64,000 nucleotides of DNA from a bacterium (lineage in GTDB: Bacteria > Patescibacteriota > Patescibacteriia > Patescibacteriales > UBA12465): contig DAONDZ010000001.1 of assembly GCA_035402825.1 (NCBI GenBank), forward strand, positions 172,839-236,838. The letters are read 5' to 3'. Shown one piece after another: positions 38,274-43,658 of this stretch. The number at the start of each line of letters is the position of its first letter. Positions within the stretch are counted from its first letter, which is position 1. The position numbers and the translations under genes were made by a program. The notes beneath the pieces were generated by a model. It made no database searches. It was given only the letters and a program-made list of their open reading frames with translations, and had not been told where the DNA came from.

Positions 38274-38399
38274 ACAAAAAGAGAACTGGCACAGGCCAGT
38301 TCTCAGAAAGTACTCCTCCGAGAAGAAATATCGAAACATTTAAACGAAATTGTTGAGGAAATTAAACTTTGGTCGATGTTTTTGACATTGATAAATTAA
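38274..38399 (+). pseudogene. 3'-terminal remnant of a serine recombinase gene spanning junction J2
   Basis: Reads TKRELAQASSQKVLLREEISKHLNEIVEEIKLWSMFLTLIN*, compared with NKRELATASSPKVPLREKISKRFNEIIGEIKRWARFLDECPF* at the end of the 43659-45236 recombinase. Nothing upstream of it is recombinase-like. Confidence 0.65.
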
Positions 38400-38415
38400 T
38401 ATTACTTTTTATAAC
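38388..38415 (+). promoter_or_regulatory. Candidate promoter in the element left arm
   Basis: TTGATA, 16 nt spacer, TATAAC. Identical 29-mer at 36958-36986. A perfect TTGACA also sits at 38382-38387. Confidence 0.4.
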
Positions 38416-38489
38416 TATAAAAGTCAACAAAGTTAAAATCCTCTTTTGTTTATTCAAAAACCTAATTAAAATTTACTCCCACTATTGTC

Positions 38490-38499
38490 GGGGGGGGGG
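38490..38499 (+). repeat. G10 homopolymer tract in the promoter region of the DGR target gene
   Basis: tcGGGGGGGGGGcagaaaaTGtTATAAT. The tract ends 10 nt upstream of the -10 hexamer. Confidence 0.9.
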
Positions 38500-38506
38500 C
38501 AGAAAA

Positions 38507-38515
38507 TGTTATAAT
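38507..38515 (+). promoter_or_regulatory. Extended -10 element (TGtTATAAT) upstream of the DGR target gene
   Basis: The same TGtTATAAT is found upstream of paralogue 1 (37081-37089). Confidence 0.5.
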
Positions 38516-38551
38516 AAAACTAGATTAAGCTAATTATTAATTTATTTTAAT

Positions 38552-39697
38552 ATGTTAAAGAGAAAAGCCTTCACTCTAGTAGAACTATTGGTAGTAATAG
38601 CCATCATTGGCCTATTAGCTACTCTATCAGTCATTGCTCTAAATAGTGCTAGAGCTAAGTCTAGAGATGCTAAGAGAGTAGCTGATGTTAAACAGATCTC
38701 TACGGCTCTAGAGCTATTCTTCAATGATGCTGGCAGATACCCCACTGATCTAGAATGGGCTAGTGGCTCTTTAGAGTATAATGGTCAGACCTATCTCTCT
38801 ATTATCCCTTCTGCCCCTACCCCTGCTGATGGTAGCTGTGACTCTACTACCAACTCTTTTTCTTATACCCAGGATAATAGTGGTGAATCATATACTCTCA
38901 CCTTCTGTACTGGTGGAGTAGTGGGTTCTCTTACTGCTGGTGAGCTTTGTGCTACCCCGGGTGGGATGGCGGGGTGTGGGGGAGGCGGGGGCTGTATTCT
39001 TGATTGTACTAACAAAAACTGTGGTGATGATGGCTGCGGTGGTAGCTGTGGTGTTTGTACCGGCAATGATGTCTGTACTAATGGTACCTGTACTACTCCT
39101 CCTTTTGCTTGCGGAGACTCTGTCTCCTATGGCGGTGAATCATATCCCACGGTTCTGATCGGAGCCCAGTGTTGGTTTGCTAAGAATTTAAATGTTGGGG
39201 ATATGGTGACCGGGGTCACCCCTCAGTCAAACAACGCTATTGTAGAAAAATATTGTTATAATGATGACGCTTCTCATGAATGCGCCACCTACGGTGGCCT
39301 ATACCAATGGGATGAAGCTATGCAATATTCTGTCACCGAAGGGGCCCAAGGTATTTGTCCTGACGGTTGGCATATCCCAACTGACGCTGAACAAAATACT
39401 TTAGACCAAGGTTTAAATGATACTACTTGTAATGCTAATAGAATTTTAGCTTGGGACTGTGCCAATGCCGGTACCAAATTACAGGCTGGAGGTACTTCTC
39501 ATTTTGAAGGCCTCTTGGCCGGCTACCGCAATACCAATGGGTCGTTCAACGATCAAGGGACGTACGCGCTCTTCTGGTCATCTACTATTAGTGGACCGGA
39601 TGCCTGGGATCGGCTCTTGTACACTGGCTACGCGACCGTTCGCCGCGGTCATGATGACCGAGCCTACGGCTTTTCCGTGCGTTGCCTTCAGGACTAA
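38552..39697 (+). CDS. DGR variable (target) protein: type IV pilin-like N-terminus, Cys/Gly-rich linker, FISUMP-type C-terminal domain
   Basis: KAFTLVELLVVIAIIGLLA; CGGGGGCILDCTNKNCGDDGCGGSCGVCTGNDVCTNGTCT; GGLYQWDEAMQY...GFSVRCLQD. The last 178 nt form the VR. Confidence 0.9.
   Translation: MLKRKAFTLVELLVVIAIIGLLATLSVIALNSARAKSRDAKRVADVKQISTALELFFNDAGRYPTDLEWASGSLEYNGQTYLSIIPSAPTPADGSCDSTTNSFSYTQDNSGESYTLTFCTGGVVGSLTAGELCATPGGMAGCGGGGGCILDCTNKNCGDDGCGGSCGVCTGNDVCTNGTCTTPPFACGDSVSYGGESYPTVLIGAQCWFAKNLNVGDMVTGVTPQSNNAIVEKYCYNDDASHECATYGGLYQWDEAMQYSVTEGAQGICPDGWHIPTDAEQNTLDQGLNDTTCNANRILAWDCANAGTKLQAGGTSHFEGLLAGYRNTNGSFNDQGTYALFWSSTISGPDAWDRLLYTGYATVRRGHDDRAYGFSVRCLQD
39518..39695 (+). other. 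DGR variable region (VR)
   Basis: 178 nt aligned without gaps to TR 40277-40454. There are 16 mismatches, each opposite a TR adenine. Confidence 0.9.
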
Positions 39698-39700
39698 TTC

Positions 39701-39727
39701 GACTATTTTGACTATTTTGACTATTTT
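39701..39727 (+). repeat. Three tandem copies of gactatttt just after the target stop codon
   Basis: gactatttt gactatttt gactatttt. Paralogue 1 has one copy in the same place (taattcgactattttga is shared). Confidence 0.85.
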
Positions 39728-39752
39728 TCCGCCTCGTGTAAGCGAGGCGGAA
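39727..39752 (+). promoter_or_regulatory. GC-rich hairpin downstream of VR (candidate DGR target-recognition cruciform and/or terminator)
   Basis: ttccgcctcg / tgtaag / cgaggcggaa: a 10-bp perfect stem. With a t-g closing pair the loop becomes GTAA (GNRA-type). Confidence 0.55.
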
Positions 39753-39768
39753 TTAATTAAATTTTTCT

Positions 39769-40113
39769 ATGGCTACCTATGATAATTTGCCGGTGTATAA
39801 AGCCAGTTATGATTTACTGCTAGAAATATTCACTTTCAGTAAGAACATGGACAAAGAATATAAATATACCATTGGAGAAGATTTGAAAAAAGAAACCACG
39901 GCCATGATTACCAATATCTATCGCGCCAACTGCAACCAAAATAAAAAAGAGTTAATTCAAAGTGGTCGGGAAAATTTGGAAGTCATCAGATTATATTTAC
40001 GCCTAATTAAAGATTTGAAACAAATAAATTTGTTAAAATTTGTAAAGATTAATGAAATTATTGAGTCAATTTCCAAGCAATTAAATTTTTGGCAAAGTGC
40101 CATGAAATCATAA
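39769..40113 (+). CDS. avd: DGR accessory variability determinant (four-helix-bundle, 23S rRNA IVS protein family)
   Basis: 114 aa helical protein (PVYKASYDLLLEIFTFSKNMDKEYKYTIGEDLKKETTAMITNIYRAN...) sitting between target and TR as in canonical DGRs. Confidence 0.75.
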   Translation: MATYDNLPVYKASYDLLLEIFTFSKNMDKEYKYTIGEDLKKETTAMITNIYRANCNQNKKELIQSGRENLEVIRLYLRLIKDLKQINLLKFVKINEIIESISKQLNFWQSAMKS

Positions 40114-40276
40114 TGGGCCAGAGTCGTCATCGGTTACGGCCAGGGCGAGCGTGCCTCACTAGTCCAATAGTCCACTAAATTTTCTAAATTTAGTAATTGA
40201 CGGGGCAACCTGTCATTCTGCTGATTTTTTAGATAATATCAAATCAGCCGAAGAGGTTAGCGATTATTATAAAAGA

Positions 40277-40454
40277 GCCGGCAACCGCAATACCAATGGG
40301 TCGTTCAACAATCAAGGGACGAACGCGAACTTCTGGTCATCTACTATTAGTGGACCGGATGCCTGGAATCGGAACTTGAACACTGGCAACGCGACCGTTA
40401 ACCGCAATCATAATGACCGAGCCAACGGCTTTTCCGTGCGTTGCCTTCAGGACT
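40277..40454 (+). other. DGR template region (TR)
   Basis: Encodes AGNRNTNGSFNNQGTNANFWSSTISGPDAWNRNLNTGNATVNRNHNDRANGFSVRCLQD in the VR frame, with 15 AAY codons. Flanked by hairpins at 40178-40198, 40220-40248 and 40461-40487. Confidence 0.9.
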
Positions 40455-40508
40455 GGTCAAAAGGAGCCATATATCAATGGCTTCTTTTATTTTACTAAAA
40501 TATTTTTT

Positions 40509-41684
40509 ATGTCCGACAAACTTCTGGTTGACCTTTTTCAAGCCTATTACGACGCCCGACGCTATAAAAGAAATACAATGAGCGCTCTTAACTTTGAGAT
40601 TAATTTGGAGCAAAATATATTTGAATTGTATCGGGAGATAAAAAATAATACTTATCAAATTAGTCCCAGCCTAGCTTTTATTATCTTTGACCCGGTGCAG
40701 AGAGAAATTATCGCCTCGCCCTTTCGGGATCGAGTCGTGCATCACCTGGTTTTTAATTATATCAACCCCATTCTTGAAAATCTCTTTATTTCTGACAGTT
40801 ATAGCTGTCGCCAAGGCAAGGGTATTAGCTACGGAGTTAAGCGAGTCGCTCATTTTGTCCGCTCCAGTTCGCAAAATTATAGAGTTGATAATTATATTCT
40901 CAAATTGGATATTTCCGGCTATTTTATGAGTATTAACCAATCTGTTTTATATGATAAGGTAGAAAATTATTTATTAAGGCATAATGTTGATTACCCCTTT
41001 GACCTAAAATTAATTTCAGCCCTGCTAAAGAGAATTGTTTTTCACGATTATATTAAAGATTGCGTTATAAGAGGTGGAAAGACCAACTGGAAAAAATTAC
41101 CCCGCAACAAGAGTCTATTTTTCACGCCCCCGGGTTTTGGTTTGCCCATTGGCAATTTAACCTCGCAATTATTTAGTAATGTTTATTTAAATGATTTTGA
41201 CCATTATATTAAGCGGACTTTGAAATTTAAGTATTATGGTCGTTATGTCGATGACTTAATCATTATTGACGGTAGTAAAGAAAGGCTCCAAATAGCTATG
41301 GCCAAAATTGCGGAATATTTATCAACGAATCTAAACTTAAAAATTCACCCCAGAAAAATCTATTTACAGCCCTATGCCAAAGGCGTTAATTTTTTAGGCG
41401 GGATTATTAAACCCCACAGAATTTATGTCCGCCACCGGACTAAAACCAGTTTTTATCGCTCAGCGACTAAGGCTAATAATATTCTGAAGAATGTAGATGT
41501 AGAAAGGAAAGCCCTCAGGAAAATTTTATCCAGTTTTAATTCCTATTTAGGGGTGTTTGGGCAATATCAGACCTATAATTTACGCCGTAAAATATTGGAC
41601 AACAAGCTATCCTCGGATTTTTGGCGTTATTTTAGACTTGGGAAAGGTGAGTCAAGATATAGAAAAATTGTTTTAAGAAAATAA
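40509..41684 (+). CDS. DGR reverse transcriptase
   Basis: LPIGNLTSQLFSNVYLNDFD (the IGxxxSQ motif typical of DGR RTs) and YGRYVDDLIII (YxDD). ATG 40509 chosen because the longer track ORF (40413) starts inside the TR. Confidence 0.9.
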   Translation: MSDKLLVDLFQAYYDARRYKRNTMSALNFEINLEQNIFELYREIKNNTYQISPSLAFIIFDPVQREIIASPFRDRVVHHLVFNYINPILENLFISDSYSCRQGKGISYGVKRVAHFVRSSSQNYRVDNYILKLDISGYFMSINQSVLYDKVENYLLRHNVDYPFDLKLISALLKRIVFHDYIKDCVIRGGKTNWKKLPRNKSLFFTPPGFGLPIGNLTSQLFSNVYLNDFDHYIKRTLKFKYYGRYVDDLIIIDGSKERLQIAMAKIAEYLSTNLNLKIHPRKIYLQPYAKGVNFLGGIIKPHRIYVRHRTKTSFYRSATKANNILKNVDVERKALRKILSSFNSYLGVFGQYQTYNLRRKILDNKLSSDFWRYFRLGKGESRYRKIVLRK

Positions 41685-41690
41685 TTATAC

Positions 41691-42306
41691 TTATCCCCAG
41701 CAAAATGCTAGCAAATTTAAATATTTAAAAAAGTTTTTCAAATTCCCAATAAATTCACCCCTTAACCTTACCGCTAATTTATGCTATGATACATTCAGAC
41801 TTAATCAATAAAAATATATAACCTCGGGACCCATTGTTGAATAGATGTCGCTCGCATGAAACGCAAAATAAAAAAATAAAACTCATAAAATAATATCCCC
41901 TGTAAATTAGCAAAGTCTTTCTTTGCCAATTGAAACTAATTAACCAGCATTTGTCCGTGCTCGGTTTTTTTGTTTTGGCAAAGACTATTAAATTTCGTCG
42001 TCGCCTGTTTAGATAGCGAAACAGGTTAGTTGATTTCTTTGGTGTAAACATAAGCGTGTAGTTTGGTTTTAGCCTATTAGTGGTACTTGCCCGTCGCTAA
42101 TGGCTAGTTCTGTTATTAATTTCTCATTTTTGACCGTCCCCCAAGCATTGTTTTTTAGTTTTTTTTCGGCGAGGCTTGTCCGCTCGCCGAAAAAATAAAA
42201 ACAAGCTGGGGGCGGTAAATGAGATTTTAGACAAAAGTAGTGTCCGTTTGTCGTGTGCCTCTATTAGACTTGACTATAGGCACACTTAACGCCGTTATTA
42301 AACTCT
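41691..42306 (+). other. Conserved structured non-coding region upstream of Rep (copy 1): promoter, terminator-like hairpin, nested stem-loops, candidate replication origin
   Basis: Aligns with 47040-47682. TTAACC, 17 nt, TATGAT at 41762-41790. Hairpin plus T run at 41944-41976. Nested structure 42122-42224 (tctcattt...aaatgaga enclosing ttttttcggcgag/ctcgccgaaaaaa). Hairpin gtgtgcct...aggcacac at 42253-42285. Confidence 0.55.
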
Positions 42307-43098
42307 ATGGAAATTAAACCACGAGTTTATCGGCAGAAGCTGGTAGAGTCGGGTGATTATGTGGAAATATATGATTATGAGAATTTCATTAAAATTAATC
42401 AAAAGAGAAAACGAAGAAGAAATACAACCAAGAGACCTAAATTTATCGGCCCACCTACTTATTTAGATGTGCTTTGTCGAGAAACAAAAAATGGTTTTTC
42501 TCTAAGGCGAACTCGGTCAAATATTGTTAGATTGGTAAATTCTAACCCCGATTTAAAAGTATTTATTACTCTCACCTTTGATAGCCATAAATTCGGGGAT
42601 AAGCCGTTTACTGATTTTAAGGAATGTAATTTGATATTTTCTAATTTCATTAAACGACTAAAAAGGAAATATCCCGATTTAAAATATTTGGCCGTGCCTG
42701 AATTTCAGAGCGACTATTATCACCGCACCAATATTAGAAAAGAATTTGGCGGTAATATTCACTATCATTTATTGTCTAATTTGCCGTTTATTGAAAATAC
42801 TCAATTAGAAAAAATCTGGGGCTACGGATTTATTAAAATCAATAATATCCGACAGGTGTCTGCTGTCGGTCCGTATGTGGCTAAATATGTCGGCAAAGAA
42901 TTGTTTGACGGTCGTTTAAATGGGAAAAAGAAATTGTTTTATTCTCGCACTCTTAATCGCTCTAAAATCATTATTACCTACTCAAAAATAAAAGAATATT
43001 TAAACAACTTAAAATCACCCCTCAAGCTTTTGCACGAGACAACTTACAAGTCCGAGTATCTCAGCAGAGCTCGCTATCGGCTCTATAAACAAGGATAG
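42307..43098 (+). CDS. HUH-superfamily rolling-circle replication initiator (two-tyrosine type), copy 1
   Basis: Motif 1 VFITLTF, motif 2 NIHYHLLS (HUH), motif 3 GPYVAKYVGKE (Y-x3-Y). Confidence 0.7.
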   Translation: MEIKPRVYRQKLVESGDYVEIYDYENFIKINQKRKRRRNTTKRPKFIGPPTYLDVLCRETKNGFSLRRTRSNIVRLVNSNPDLKVFITLTFDSHKFGDKPFTDFKECNLIFSNFIKRLKRKYPDLKYLAVPEFQSDYYHRTNIRKEFGGNIHYHLLSNLPFIENTQLEKIWGYGFIKINNIRQVSAVGPYVAKYVGKELFDGRLNGKKKLFYSRTLNRSKIIITYSKIKEYLNNLKSPLKLLHETTYKSEYLSRARYRLYKQG

Positions 43099-43138
43099 CA
43101 AAACTGATTTTGTTAATCATACGTTCATCTAAAATATA

Positions 43139-43288
43139 ATGACTATTGAGGCTCTTAAAAAATCAATAGTAGGTCGTGGGCGACAGTATTCCGATGACGA
43201 ATTGGAGACAATTAGACGCGACTTATACCAACTGGCTCATCTGCTAGTCGAATATTATTTTAATCAGCAAAAAATATTAATAAAATAA
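43139..43288 (+). CDS. Small helical protein (49 aa), YSDDELE-RRDLY family
   Basis: MTIEALKKSIVGRGRQYSDDELETIRRDLYQLAHLLVEYYFNQQKILIK. Conserved in E_C (48518-48673). Confidence 0.5.
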   Translation: MTIEALKKSIVGRGRQYSDDELETIRRDLYQLAHLLVEYYFNQQKILIK

Positions 43289-43298
43289 ATAAAAAATT

Positions 43299-43454
43299 AT
43301 GATGAGTATAAGTAAATTAAGAAAATTGTTAAGCGAAAAGGCAAATGAATACAGCGAAGAAGAACTAGAAGAAATGCGGCGAGATATTTATACATTTGCT
43401 AATCTAGCCTTTGATATTTATAAAGAGAATCCCAGGATATTAGATAAATATTAA
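43299..43454 (+). CDS. Small helical protein (51 aa), paralogue of the preceding ORF
   Basis: MMSISKLRKLLSEKANEYSEEELEEMRRDIYTFANLAFDIYKENPRILDKY shares the YS-EELE-x-RRD-Y-x-A-L core. Confidence 0.45.
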   Translation: MMSISKLRKLLSEKANEYSEEELEEMRRDIYTFANLAFDIYKENPRILDKY

Positions 43455-43461
43455 AGCGATA

Positions 43462-43658
43462 TTGTAAAAATAAAAATATATGTTATTATCCTTAATGGAC
43501 ATAACTTATAATAGCGGAAAGCTACTATTTTCTTACATCATAATGACGGCAGATAAGTCGTTTTGATATAAAGGGAGCAGTGGCTGTTTCAACAAGGCTT
43601 TCCGCTAAGTTGTGTCCAACAGTTCACTGCTCTCTTTTTATTATTAACTTTTAACCCT
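43462..43658 (+). promoter_or_regulatory. Promoter plus about 165-nt structured leader of the recombinase gene (copy 1)
   Basis: TTGTAA, 16 nt, TGtTATTAT (43462-43489). P1 ggacataactta/taagttgtgtcc; P2 agcggaaagc/gctttccgct; long-range gagcagtg (43575-82)/cactgctc (43625-32) followed by tctcttttta. Confidence 0.5.

Larger units (their letters stand above)
36888..38316 (+). mobile_element. Unit E_A: minimal or decayed unit carrying only a pilin-like FISUMP gene
   Basis: Bounded by junction J1 and J2. Only about 40 nt of the recombinase 3' end remain at its right edge. Confidence 0.55.

Noticed and set aside
38940-39010. The G-rich run (gggtgggatggcggggtgtgggggaggcgggggctg) as a regulatory G-quadruplex.
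   Set aside because: It is fully explained as codons for the Gly/Cys-rich linker of the DGR target. There is no evidence beyond composition.
39701-39727. The short tandem repeat as a possible CRISPR or other array.
   Set aside because: There are only three contiguous 9-mers with no spacers, and no CRISPR-like array anywhere in the window.
39459-39782. 107-aa ORF overlapping the VR and the downstream hairpin.
   Set aside because: It is an alternative frame of the DGR target's 3' end plus the intergenic repeats, with no independent support.
40413-40508. N-terminal extension of the RT ORF (MTEPTAFPCVAFRTGQKEPYING...).
   Set aside because: This is the TR read in a different frame. The RT-like sequence begins only after ATG 40509.
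41779-42051. 90-aa minus-strand ORF in the region upstream of Rep copy 1. Also 47456-47662 and 47665-47850 (minus strand) in copy 2.
   Set aside because: The nucleotide sequence is conserved between the two element copies as paired stems. The ORFs in the two copies are neither homologous nor collinear.
43497-43617. The idea that the recombinase leader acts as a guide (bridge-RNA-like) pairing with the att core. Copy 1 contains cggaaagctac, resembling ccgaaagtacc.
   Set aside because: The matching segment lies in helix P2, whose sequence is completely different in copy 2, so the resemblance is not conserved. Serine recombinases are not known to need a guide.
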